From NCBI RefSeq assembly GCF_009914755.1, contig NC_060945.1: 64,000 nt of DNA; one strand, given 5' to 3'. The notes beneath the pieces were generated by a model, which was not told the DNA's origin, ran no database searches, and saw only the letters and a program-made list of their open reading frames with translations. This document shows positions 27,490 through 43,166 of this stretch, piece after piece. Every line of letters begins with the position of its first letter. The stretch's first letter is position 1. Made by a program: the position numbers and the translations under genes. This DNA is from the human T2T-CHM13v2.0 reference genome, Homo sapiens.

Positions 27490-27890
27490 ATGTAGTAATG
27501 CTAATGTGGAGGATAAGGCAGTAAACAAGGGGGGAAATATCTTTGCCCTCTAGACATGGGAAAACAAATAAGCAAAACAAATGGTAACTTAATAATAAAA
27601 GCCAAGGGAACAAATAATCAGAGAAACAGATTGAAATCATGGGGACTTTGGGATTTTCAAGCGGATGTTCAGAGAAGTTCACATTAATGAGAAGACAGTA
27701 TCTGAATGAAGAATCTAAAAATGAGGGTGTGAACCTTGACAGTGACAGAGAGAATTTGATTAGGGAGCAGGACCAGTGAAAGCAAAAGCCTTAAGCCGGA
27801 GTCATGTTTGGCTATTCAAGAAACAACAAGGATAATAGCATAGCGAGGACAGAGAAAGTGGAAGAGAGACTGGCTATGATAGATAATATT
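27490..27890 (-). mobile_element. L2 fragment
   Basis: Decayed L2-like purine-rich sequence (gcaaaagccttaag...catgtttggctattcaagaaacaacaagg). Confidence 0.55.
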
Positions 27891-29412
27891 CACAGTCAGG
27901 TCACTAAATTAATTTAATATATAATTGAATGCTAATATATTGCGTATGTTACACAGTAAAATTAGGAAAGGTGTCATGGAAGGATTGGAAATTGGATTCC
28001 TTCTATAAAGAAAAATATATTTTATATATACAGAGTAGGGATTGCAAAGGAATTTAGGCAAAGTGTTTGTGGCTAAAACCCCTATGATATTACCAAATTT
28101 TACCCCTTTTATCTTCAGCAGAGATAATTAGCAGAGATAATTAACATGACTGCCCAACTAAAATACATGTCTCCCCCTCTTTTATAATTAGGTGTGGACA
28201 TAGCTAAATTATCACAAAAGGCAAATATGTGGAATTAAGTAAGCTTGAGAAAAATGGAATGGCTTGTTCCTCAATATTGTCCACCACGCTGAATCTAAAA
28301 CACAAAACTGCAAGTTCTTCTGCTTTCTCTTTTCTGCCCTTCCTCCTTTTCACCTTTCTTTTTTAATCATCTCCCCCTTCCTTTCTCTTTTCTTTCTTCC
28401 TTTACGCCTTCCTCATTTTCTTCCACAAATGATTCATCCACTTCTATATGTCAGGCACTGTACAGGGTGTCTGAGATTCAGCTGTAAGTCAAACCAGAAT
28501 CTGTCTTACCCCAGTGGATCTCGTACTCACATATATGAAGAGATGATGATAAAAAAAGTTGCCCTGTTGATTTGGGGAGGTCGAGGCCAGGCCCCCACTT
28601 GGCTTGAAGGGACATTTTCAGACTTTTCTTTCTGTCACTTGGAGTGTCTATGCCTCTCATGTTTCCCTAATAAACTCCTCAACTTTTTTTAAAAAAAGTT
28701 TCAGATATGAATGTTACATTCCAACTTGTATAACTGGTAATGAAGAAGTGTCATAAATTAAAATAATAATAAGTGAAATATGGCAGTATAATATAGTGCT
28801 CAAAAAAGTTCCATCATTTTCTGAAATTTCAAAGCCATATAACATTAGGTAAGTTACACAAACTTTGAAAGTTTTAGTTTCTGTTTTAAAAGAATATAAA
28901 GGGAATGCTTCATGTAGTGAGCAATTGTGTTTATAAAAAATTTTAGCCAGTGTAAGGATGCTAACGATGATGCATGTGAAGTTTATGTAAAATGCTCTGA
29001 AACAACATTCTCTGAAGCATAGTGAGAGCTTAATGAATTTGAGCTATGGATATTGTGAATTACTAACTATTTGACCTTGGCAGAATCATGATAGAGGATG
29101 TCCTGAGGATGCAGTGATGTGCCGAGAATTTGAGAGTAAGAGTTTAAAGCAATGTTATATTCACAAAGAAATAATAAAATATACAAGGCCAGATGTCTAG
29201 AGATCACAGACTTTTTAAAATAATTCATGCTTTTAAATTCATACTTTGTTTTTAACAAATTCAAATGCCTTCACAGGAGGGGTAACAACCATAACTGTGT
29301 GAAAAACTGAGCCATCACCTAAGTAATAATAATTTTTAAAAATTAATAAGAATCATAAATAATCAAAAGCCTGGAGTCAACTTCCACATCCCAATTTAAA
29401 CGTGAAGCTATA

Positions 29413-31268
<1,856 letters not shown>

Positions 31269-32109
31269 TTTGAGAAGAAAAGAAGAAGTACTACATGGAA
31301 ACATTCACTCAGTTCAAAAATAATGACTATTAAGCAACGGTTCTATGAGAAAGGTACTATTAATTTGTAATGAGAAAGAGCCTATGGATCATCTTATATT
31401 TTTAAAATTGAGGGGACAACAAGAATGTTTACTATAGGGCTATTATAGCACATTCGTGAAAAAGGGAGTCAGAATTTAAAAGAACAACATTGGCAAAGAT
31501 TACTTATTACACTTCATGTTTGTGACCAAGATTTATCAATAGAAAAGTACTCTTATTTTACCTAAAACTTTTAATCCTTAAAGATCTTTACTATGTTATA
31601 TTGCAATTTTCATAAAGATGGCCAAGTAAAAAAATTATAGGGAAACAATGTACTCTGGTTTCAACTAAAGTCAGAAATACTATACTTCAGTAAAGCACAC
31701 TTTAATTAAAATTTAAAGAATTATTTAACACTCCCAATATTTGATCGATTAAAGTTGGCAAAAGTCAGAAAGTATTTGGCATGTAAAATTTCCCTTTAAT
31801 GGTTAGATGTAATGAGGCATTTTTTTAAGTGTTTTAGAATAACCCCTGGGAATACCATCACTAGAAATACTAACTGGAATATTTAGTGAGTAAAGCAAAT
31901 GCCACATTCTTGGGTACCTACAAAAAAAATCTCACTTTCAGAGAGGCACAAATTATGCATCTTATTAATGTGCAGAACTAGATCTACAAATGGGCAATCA
32001 GAAAAAACTGAAAACTCTCAAAAAGCTAAGTTCTTAGGAGAAATGTGTATATTTGGGACAATAGTAAATAACCCCTTAAAAGAAGTAAATCCAGTCCTCA
32101 AAGCAAAAG

Positions 32110-32339
32110 GGCGAGTCTGAGAGCAAGAGCCCCAGAGAAAGACGCCGGAAGGAAGTCGTAGATGTAGGAAGTGACTGTAGGTTTAGATGAATGGAAAATG
32201 AACTTGCCAGTTCACAGCTATGTCCTTCCCAATTTAGGAGGTTAAGGGCAGGAAAAACATGAGAAACTCTTTTGAGAAGCTGCACAAGCTGACATGGAGG
32301 ATCAAGGATTTCAAAAGCTTTGAATATAAAGAGGTGAGA
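32110..32339 (+). promoter_or_regulatory. Candidate ETS-motif promoter/enhancer with exon and 5' splice donor
   Basis: CCGGAAG, AGGAAGT and AGGAAGTG within 32145-32173; four CpGs in about 50 bp; donor GAG|gtgaga at 32333/32334. Confidence 0.35.
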
Positions 32340-34029
32340 ATTTTTATTTTATTTTTTTACTATTATTCTGGTCTGTTGGTTGAGCTCTGAGGTTAACATC
32401 TTACAACACTTTAAAGTGAAACTAAAACAAACACATCATTTTTAAAATTGGCCATATCCGGAGCCCAGAAAAATATTACAAATAGTAACGTGTCCTTTCG
32501 GACACCTCATAAAAATTTAGGGAAGAGATATATGGAAATACCTTTTAAACACTTGGCAAATAGAATAGGTTTCAATTACATCAGATTATAGTTTTTAGTC
32601 TGACAGTTTGTGTCTGGATGTACAACGGATTAATTTTATTAAGTTTGTTGGAAGAGTTATTGAAACAACAGGTTTCAATTATTTTGTTCTCACTGAAATC
32701 TGTTTCACAAAATGGACCACTGAAATAAGAAAAATGGTTTCAGTTTATTTTAATGTGATTTCCTGAGTGGAGAGAATTTTCTACATATATATGTAAAAGT
32801 CAAGTTATTGCTTATGAATACAGCATTACTTTTTAACTATTCTATTAAAATAATATTCTCTTAGATTTCAATAACATGTAATGTGCACGTATTACACACA
32901 TGAAAAGTCAATTCTCATGGTCACTCACACTAAGGTGAGTGAATATATGACTGTCCTCTGCATGTGATGCTCAGGATATCTCATGAAAATGTACAAATTG
33001 TCATAAATGGAATTTCCTAGCACTGCTATCTTACCATAAAAATGATGTGGTGATAATAGTGGTAAACAAAATTGTCAGAGATCAAATGTGACATATCACT
33101 ATTCATTTAAGGTATAAAATGGCTGTTGATAAGATATTTGGAAATGGATATAGCATGATCATAATACAGAAATTACAAATATTGCTACAAATTACAATTT
33201 TTAGAATTTGTTTTAAGATATTTCATTATCACTAAACAGGCTTCAAATGCCTAGTGAACTGATAAATCCCACTGCCAACTGATTTGTTTCAATATGATGT
33301 GTTCATTGCTTGTATTTGGACCTATTAATAACTTGCAGAGCTAAGAAGTATGTGCTTTCCTTGCATCTTTATTGTACTCCAACTCTATTCCCTGGAAGAT
33401 AGCCAATGTAAAACAATATTAATTTAATACCAACTTAAATTTTGCTTCATACAATTTTCAGTTTATATGAGAAGGTAATTTCTTTATGGATTCTGAGTTA
33501 AAATGAAATTTTAAGATTTCAAAGTTTATTATTGTTATTTCAAAAATTGCGGTTAAAATTTTATCATAAAAATCATACTTAAGAATCATAATCTTCTAAT
33601 ATTAAAAGAAGGAATACAAGGGAACAGGTGATTGAGCTGACCATAGAATATCGTATGAGTGGAAAGTAAAAGCTCTTGGCAGTGTAGAGATAGAACTTGT
33701 TAAAGCAGTTGCAGTTCCGTATGTTGTCTTCTTAAATAGATATGAGATTGGAATTAACTTGTTAGTGATATTCATTTCTAAGAATATCATAGAACGCCAA
33801 AATTGGAAGATTAATTTGGTTGTGATCCCAAGTTCATTGAATAGTATTTTATCTTACTGTGTGTATAAGTAATATGATAATGGTGATGGTCAAAATAGAA
33901 ACCTTGCTTGATGCCATGCATGGTACTAATAAGCATTAGTATGCTCATAAAGCATGAGCATTATGTTATGTAATTCTAACAATCTTATGATGTAGTTATA
34001 ACTATTACCTCATGCTTTTATTTATTAAT

Positions 34030-34380
34030 TTAAATGATATTTATTAAGTACATTTGGTCTTCAATTTTATAGATGGCATAGCTATCATAAATTAAACAAA
34101 TAAGCTCCTTGGAGTTATAGAGTTTATTCAGGTTTAAAAGTGAGCAAAAACACACAAAAAATAGTAAATGAGGAAATGGAGAAAATAGAGTTATGGTGAG
34201 ATTGGGTAAGTCAACAGATGTAATAGGGAGACATTTTTTCTAAAGCACTGATATTTGAACTGATTTCTGAACTTTTGAATCAGTCATCTGCACAAAATGC
34301 TTGTGGGGATAATTTCAGGCAATTGGAACAGACTGCAGCTATCATGTTGTGAAAAATAAGTGTATATTTTTGACAAATCA
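34030..34380 (-). mobile_element. L2 fragment
   Basis: atatttattaagtac...gatatttgaactgatttctgaa resembles antisense L2. Confidence 0.5.
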
Positions 34381-34399
34381 AAGATACAGGGGATAGTAA

Positions 34400-36130
34400 G
34401 AGAAATCTAATGTCTGGATTACCAGAAGAAAAATACAGAATGTAGAAAAATTTATAGTTAATGAACAGATAGAGGTTAAGAATGTTTCTATACTAATGAA
34501 ATAAATGAAAACAATAAAAATATAAGAAATCCACAAAACTCTAAGCAGCATGAAACATGTAAATCTACCACTGCTATTTCTGCAGAAAGCAAAGGCAAAT
34601 AGGAGATATTTTTAAAGCCAGAAACAAAAAGATAAATAATTCTAATGCTGCAAATGCTGTATACTGAATGCAGTCTGCCATGTACTAAAAAAATATTACT
34701 ACCTATAATAATACCCTTTTGTAATTAAGGTAATATGTATACATTTGAAAGCCAAAAGAGAGAGGAAAGAGAAGAGAGAGAGGATAAGAAGGAGAAGGAG
34801 AGAGAGAAAATTTGTAACCAGCATAATTATACTGAAGGAAATACTAGAATGTATTGTTCATGCAGGTGAAAAGTTAAAGATAAATATTCTATGTTCAAAT
34901 AAATTTTGACTATATAAAACCAAAAGAGCAATATTATTTAAAATTTATAATATAGACTTAATTAAGGCACAGCAAAATGATAGGATATTCTTGTGGAGGG
35001 GGAAATAAAAGGGCAGTTCATTGTTTAGAGAAGAATAAAAAGTAGTCAGCAATGTAAGACTCTTATAAGTCTGAGATACTTTGATGTGAAGTTCCTTATG
35101 GAACAATTACTATTAAATGGTAATAAAATATTGTGTATAACATCGAAACAGAATAGAAGCAGAAAAAACAAAAAAGATACAGAATAAGGAAAACAAAGAG
35201 AGAAAAAATATATCATTAGAGGAACAAATAGAAAGCACTTATTATATTTATGTATAATTATGTTATATACATATATACACACATCTATATGTATATATAT
35301 ACACATACATATATATATATATATAAAATTACATTAATTGGCCAATGAAAAATACTTCCAAAATGGAAAAAAAAAACCCTAAGTTATTTAGAAGAGAAAC
35401 ACTGAATCATAACCACAGCAAATTTACAAATAAAAACAATGAAAAAGAATATTCCAATCAAACATTAACCTATATTAATGCCAGATGAACTAATTTTAAG
35501 ACAAAAATACATTGCTAGAGATGAATGGAATGTTTAATATTGATAATAAAATGAATTCCTAAAAGGTTGTAAGAAATATATAAGAACTTAATGATACTAT
35601 TTTAAAATGCAGACTCACTAATTTACAGAAAACCAAGGGGAAATAGACAAACCGACAATTTCAGCAAAATATTTCTTAGTAATTAATAAAATAATAAAAT
35701 AGTAAAATATTTCAAAATGTTAATTGATAAATCAGTAATAAAAGATAACTAGATTGTCCTTACAAACTTGGAAATCAACAAATAAAAGACTAAACAATCC
35801 ATTACCTGTAAATTCATAATAGAATTAAAAAATATCTCTAACTGAATTATACCAAAGTAATACAGGTGATGACTTGAAGAATGCACAAAAGCAGTATAAA
35901 GACAAAAATACATAGCAGTAATGACCAGTAATAGGTATGCAACATAAATGAGAAAATTAATCTATCCCATCTATCTCAGAAAGTTAGGATTGAAAAAATT
36001 GACCTATAGAATGCAGAAAGAAGGGAATGATAATGATGAAATCAAAGTAAAGAAAAAGGAAAAAACAAAGCACACAATGGAGAGAATGAACAAAATAAAA
36101 AATAGTTATTTGGAAAGGTTTTAAAATATA
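34400..36130 (+). mobile_element. Highly decayed L1M ORF1/ORF2 remnant
   Basis: Strong A-skew and L1-like motifs (ggggaaatagacaaaccgacaat; aaatagttatttggaaag). Confidence 0.6.
35245..35325. repeat. (TA)n/(TACA)n low-complexity repeat
   Basis: Direct reading of the sequence. Confidence 0.85.
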
Positions 36131-37084
36131 TAATAATCTGGTGTGGTTAAACATAACCACATTTTTACCTCTCCCTTTTTTTTTTCCTTCAGAAAGAACA
36201 CATCTAAGGTTTTTCTTTAATGGGATTAAATTAGTGACAAGATTCTCTTTCTCCCTCCCTCTGTCTCTTTCTATCTCTCCAATATCTACGTTTTCTAACC
36301 CTGTCTTTTCCAATCTCACTAATACCTAAGTTTTCTAAATGGAACTAGCACTGTTTTGTGTCTGAAACCTTCTCATTTTAAAAATGCACTGGTGATGTAT
36401 CCTATCTGAGCCACTAATGCCTGGTAGCCAGATAGGAGAATGAAAAAAGGTTATGAATTGATTGGTGGAGAGTGAGTATGGAAGAAGGAGACAGATGGGA
36501 ATGCTAGTTAATAAACATGAATTCTGGAAACAATGACAAATGGAGAATGCTTTGTCCTGACTTTGTTTCATGTAAGGGTTAGGCCTGGTTTTTCCTTTGG
36601 TACTTGCTGAGCAACCGCAATTCATAATTATTTCTCCTCCTTACAGAGAAAGGTTTAAATTAGATTTTTCATGAAGTGATTTCTAGGCCTAAAGCTCCAT
36701 GAAATAAGCTAAACCCATTTTTAAGTGTGTACAGCATGTGCATGTTGAATGTCCTCAAATTACTAGTTATATTACTATGGTCAATTATACTTGGCAATTG
36801 TGCTTAATTGAAGGTGAAAACACATTAGGTTTTTAATTTAAAAGCCATAGGTAAAACCACTCTAAACGTCCTATTTGGATCTCAGACCTGGTGATGCTTT
36901 TCTCTATAGACTGGAATTTTACAGTACATTAACCTGTTCATTCACATAATTAGAACAATAACCGAATGAGCTGTTGTATCAGGTAATACATGATAGCAAT
37001 TCCATTCATCTCTACTGAAATTTAGATTATGAACATGAAACCACATTTGAAGAAACTCAGAGAAAAATATATGCATAAAACATA

Positions 37085-37398
37085 TGTGGTGGCTCATGCC
37101 TGTAATCCCAGAACATCAAGAGGCCAGAATGGTAGGATTGCTTGAGGCCAAGAGTTCGAGATCAGCCTGAGCAATATAGTGAGATACTGTCCCTACCAAA
37201 AATAAATAAATAAATAAATACATAAACAATAAAATTAGCTGGGCATGGTGGTGCACCTGTTATCCTTGCTACTCAAGAAGCTGAGGTGAGAGGCTTGCTT
37301 AAGCCCAGGAGTTCCAGGTTACTGTGAGCTATTATGTCACTGCACTATAGCTTGGATGACAGAGCAAGGCCCCATCTACAAAAATAAAACTTAAAAAA
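37085..37398 (+). mobile_element. AluJ
   Basis: Diverged dimer (ggattgcttgaggccaagagttcgagatcagcctgagcaatatagtgaga) with an expanded (TAAA)n linker. Confidence 0.9.
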
Positions 37399-37820
37399 AT
37401 GCATAGGGCATATTTTTTCCTCTTGAACACTTTCAATCAGATTATGGTGATACAAATCATCAAAACATCAATGACAGGAACTGTTAGTTTCTGCAGACTG
37501 CCCTTTCCTCATTTCCTTCAACACTCCATACTTCTACAAGTTGCCACATGCTGTTTCTGAAATAGTTCTCACATCTGTCTCCTTCTCTCCAGCACTGCTG
37601 GCTCACTATGGTCAGTTTCTACCTCCAGTGTCAAGACCCTCACATTCATCTTTCACACTGTTAATAAAATCATCTTCACCAGGTCATACCCTCGTTCAAA
37701 GGACCTCTAGTAACCTTCCGATTTTAGGCTAACTCCACATGCTTAGTGCCATCTCCCAGCCTTGATCCCTTTGTTTTCTGTCCTCAGATGTATTTCTTAC
37801 CATCTGAGAAACCAGATGTG

Positions 37821-38192
37821 TTTCTTTTTTTTTTTTTTAACTTATTTTAGGTTTGGGGGTACATGTGAATGTTTGTTACATAGGTAAACATGTGTCACAG
37901 GGGTTTGCTGTACATATTATTTCATCACCCAGGTAGTAAGCCCAGTACCCAATAGGTATCTTTTCTGTTCCTCTCCCTACTCCCACCCTCCACTCTCAAA
38001 TAGACCCCAGTTTCTGTCGTTTCCTTCTCTGTGTTCTTCAGTTCTTATCATTTAGCTCCAACTTAAACGTGGGAACATGTGGTATTTGGTTTTATGTTCC
38101 TGTGTTAGTTTGCTAAGGATAGTAGCCTCCAGCTCCATCCATGTTCCCTCAAAAGTCATGATCTCACTTTTTTATGGCTGCATAATATTCCA
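37821..38192 (-). mobile_element. 5'-truncated L1PA (about PA13-16) 3' end
   Basis: Poly(T) followed by ggggtacatgtgaatgtttgttacataggtaaacatgtgtcacagggg...ggctgcataatattcca. Confidence 0.9.
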
Positions 38193-38303
38193 ACCATAAT
38201 AGTGTTAATATTGCTGAGGTCATGGCCATTATCAACCCTAGTTCTGCATATCAAGGAGAATACATGGAAAGGCAAAGATGTTGCACTAGCATATTTAATT
38301 TTA

Positions 38304-39026
<723 letters not shown>

Positions 39027-39519
39027 ATACTTAATATCAACACTGAAAAAAACAATGATACCTGCTTCTTGTTATCCCATATATATTTCCATCATCTGAG
39101 AATAAGTCAAAATTACTGTAAGTCAAAACTTTCTTTGCATACTCTTTTCATCAAATGCATTCACTGAGCCCCTTAGGAGGGATGAAGTACCTCCCAACAT
39201 CTCAGAAGCAGAATAACGAAACGTTTTGCTTATATGATTTTCTCTACATCCATCCCACACACATACACAAGAGAACAATAACATCTCAGTGGTTTAACAC
39301 TATATGTTTAACTTCTAGGTCGTGGCACACTTCAATGAAGATTGTCTATTTCACATGAGTGGCAATCCTTGAAGTAACAACCTGTTTTTACAGTCTCCTT
39401 ACCTCTTTGATGCCACTGTTTCCAGCATGTGACCCCCATGGTCACCACACAAAGGGCAGAAAGAATATAAAATATCTTTGAAGCCCAGTGGAAACTTCAG
39501 ACTGAATCTGGGTATTGTA

Positions 39520-39599
39520 TTAGGTTGGTGCAAAAGTAATTGTGATTTTCGCTATTACTTTGCATTGCAAAAACCGTAATTACCTTTCCACCAATCTGA
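39520..39599. mobile_element. MADE1 (80-bp Hsmar1-derived MITE)
   Basis: TA-flanked palindromic element ttaggttggtgcaaaagtaattg...taattacctttccaccaatctga. Confidence 0.92.
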
Positions 39600-39671
39600 T
39601 ATTATAAAGGCTTGGTATTCATATTATATGCAAATTTACAATATAAAATCTAAGAAAAAATCCTCTATCAG

Positions 39672-40258
39672 TTTGTAAGTTTCCTCTTTCTCTTATAACA
39701 GGTTGCCACAAATGTAATAACTTTAAAGAACACAGATTTATTATTTCTCAGTTCTGTAGGCCAAACATCCAAGCTGGCTCAGCTGGTTTCTTTGTTTTCA
39801 GTTTCACAAGGGCAAAATCAAGCTGTTGGCTGGCTTGGCTCTTTGTCAGGAGACTCTTGGAAGAACTGGCTCTTATGCCCATTCAAGTTGTTGCTCAAAT
39901 CCGGTGCCCAGTGGTTGTAAAACTGCAGTCCCTGTTTCCTTAATGGCCAGCAGTCAATCTAGCCTACAGAGGCCTCCTACCTCCTCACACTTCAAGACTC
40001 TCTCACCTTCCTTTCTTCCTCTTGTGTTCTGACTTCATCTTCTGACATATCTCTCAGCCCCTAACCAAAGAAAAATTATCTGTCTTTATGGCTTCTGTGA
40101 TTATGTTGAACACATCTGAATAATTAAGAGTAATGTCGTTATTTTAAGGGGAGCTGATTCACTTTAGTTACATCTGCAAAGTCCCCTGACAGCAGTACTG
40201 AGATTTGTGTTTGGATTAATTCCCTGAAAATGGGAATCTTTAGAACTCTGCTTACCAT
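39672..40258 (-). mobile_element. MLT1 (E/F-like) LTR
   Basis: aacacagatttattatttctcagttctgtagg...tagaactctgcttaccata. Confidence 0.75.
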
Positions 40259-40350
40259 AATCAGTAACACTAACTTGAACTACAACCACACAATTTATTT
40301 ATTTATAGTCACCCTAATCTTTCATAACAAAAACGTACAAATAATTCTAT

Positions 40351-40484
40351 GGTTAGGCACAATGGTTCATGCCTGTAACTCCAGCACTTTGGGAGGCCGA
40401 TGCTGGAGGATTGCTTGAGCCTAGAAGTTCGTGATCAGCCTGGACAACAATACGAGACCTCACCCCTTAAAAAAAATGAAAAAA
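40351..40484 (+). mobile_element. FLAM_C / left Alu monomer
   Basis: Single monomer followed by an A-rich tail. Confidence 0.85.
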
Positions 40485-41297
40485 TACACACAGATGTTTT
40501 AAAACAAATACAGAAGCTTAAAGTCATTCATGTAAATACATAGATTTAAGAAGTAAATTTAAACTTTAAAGTGATAGTCCTTATTGAGATATATATTATT
40601 ATGAAACTTGCGGATGAGTACATAATCATAATATATGAGCGATTAGCAGGAGGCAAAAAAAATCCTCTGTAGTAATATATAACAGAATTTGGGATATAAT
40701 GGAAAGTCCCCTTTAATACTTATACTTTAAAGTATCAGCATCTAAAAGATAAATTGACAGACAAAGATGAGACAGAAAGGAAGATACCAGTAAAAATACC
40801 CAAGAATGGATCATTGAGAATCCAAGCAGAAAGGATGTTACAGTAAATAGCACGCTTGAAAAATAAAAAGTTGAGTTAACTGTTGTATTGTTACTACACT
40901 TTTCCCTTGGGTAAGGGTAGTATTATTAAGGTATTTATTTACATACCCTATGATGATATTTTAAGAACAAAGTTAAAGTCCATAATAGAGAGGACTTTAT
41001 TTACAAGACTCACTTTTGCAATTGGTTAAATTCTTTCATATATAATGTTAAGAGGTAAAAGAAGAAAATGGTCCAAATAATTGAAATAAAACAATTTGTA
41101 TGCATCCACTAGCAAAAAAGGCAAAACAAAGCAACAACAACAACAATAAAAAACTGTTTAAAGTTTCAGTCAGCTATAATTATGTTTTACACTCATCAAA
41201 TTAATGGGGTAATTGTTCCACCTATATATTTAAAAGTGTACATTTGCAGATAATGATTTATTGACTTTTTGGATATATGTAATTATAAGTAGTTAAT

Positions 41298-41420
41298 GCT
41301 GGGATTGAGTGAGGTGTCCAAGAGGCTTATTAGGGGTTAATACCTGTGAAAGATAAAAATGAGGACAAATTGGAGTTGGAGAAAGAAATTCTTCGACTGC
41401 AATGCGTATATGATACATGT
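41298..41420 (-). mobile_element. LTR16-family fragment (ERVL)
   Basis: cttattaggggttaatacctgtgaaaga...cgactgcaatgc matches the antisense LTR16 3' part. Confidence 0.55.
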
Positions 41421-42391
41421 AAGAAAAGGAAGAAAAGCAGAAAACAGACTCTGTCCCCCTCCCCACCTCCCCCCCCAAAAAAAAGAACGTGTTCTTAGTG
41501 GAAATGCCATTAACCAATGCCTCAGCATAGCAAGATTGACAGAATTAAAATATTTTTGTCAAAAGTGGAATTCCTTTAATGGGTATTTTCTTCTCTTAAC
41601 CTCTTTGGAGACCTGGCAAAACCTCTCAGAGCTGCCCTGCTCTTCTTACTCCAATCTTTCTTCCTTTTCTCTCTCCCTTCACAGGTGTCAGACTTACATC
41701 AGAGCCTGAGACTTGACATGCCTATTTTTGCACTCGCTCATTTTTCAAATTTCATAGGCATTGCTCCCTCCAAATCACCGCTCTTCTAATTTTATCCTGG
41801 AGTGTGCATCCCAGAAGACATAAGCTGACACAATTGGGAACTGAAGTTGCTTGAAAAAGCTGGTGGTAAGATTAGGTAAAATAATTGTGTTACCACCTTC
41901 TGAATGGCAATCAATATTGCATCCTAAGTAGCATGTTTGGTTGGGTGCAGATAGTTTTTGAAACTAGGTGGTGACCCAACTTACAAATATGTCACCAGTG
42001 GTGACCTAGGAAAACAGTCTGATATAAGGGAAAGCTCTTCTCAGTGAGGTGATTTAGACATTTGAAAGGGCAAGGGCAATGAATGGGGTATGCATGTTAG
42101 GATAATGAAATTAACTTCTAAAGCCTAAGGTGTATTGAGATACCACAAAGAAATGATAAAAAAAAAAAAAACTGGTGCCATTGCACAAATAATATTTAAC
42201 AGTGAAAGTTGGCCTCTTATACAGCTTATAAGGAGTGTAAGAAAGGATACAGCTGAGATGCGAGTACAGGTCTTAGTAGAGTCACAGAGCTCCAAATATG
42301 TTGAAATGATTAGCTAAATTAGATCTGTCATGCTGTAATCAGGTCCTAATTGAGAAAATCTGAAACTCTAAAATATGGCATGCTATATCTA

Positions 42392-42716
<325 letters not shown>

Positions 42717-42797
42717 AAAAAAAATTGTTTATATTTAATATGTGCAACATGTTTTTGGCCCACCCTTCTTAAGTAAGAGTTTACGTTTCTACCATGT

Positions 42798-43166
42798 TGC
42801 ATTAGTCTGTTTTCACACTGCTATAAAGATACTACCTAAGACTGGGTAATTTATAATCAAAAGAGGTTTATTTTTCTCAAAGTTCTGCAAGGGGAGGCCT
42901 CAGGAAACTTACAATCATGGTGGAAGGCAAAGGGGAGGCAGACACCATCTTCATACAGTATCAGGAGAGAGACAGAGATAGAGAACTCAGGGGAAACTGC
43001 CATTTTTAAACCATCAGACCTTGTGAGAACTCCCTCACTATCACGAGAAGAGCATGGGGAAACCTCCCCCATGATCCAATCACCTCCCACGAGGTTCTTC
43101 TGTAGACACGTGGGGATTACAATTCCAAATGAAATTTGGGTGCGGACACAGAGCCAAACCATATCA
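42798..43166 (-). mobile_element. MSTA-like solo LTR
   Basis: tgcattagtctgttttcacactgctataaaga ... gccaaaccatatca. Exact TSD catgt/catgt. Confidence 0.9.

Noticed and set aside
32490-32505. gtgtcc-tttc-ggacac mini-hairpin
   Set aside because: A 6-bp stem is expected by chance in 64 kb.
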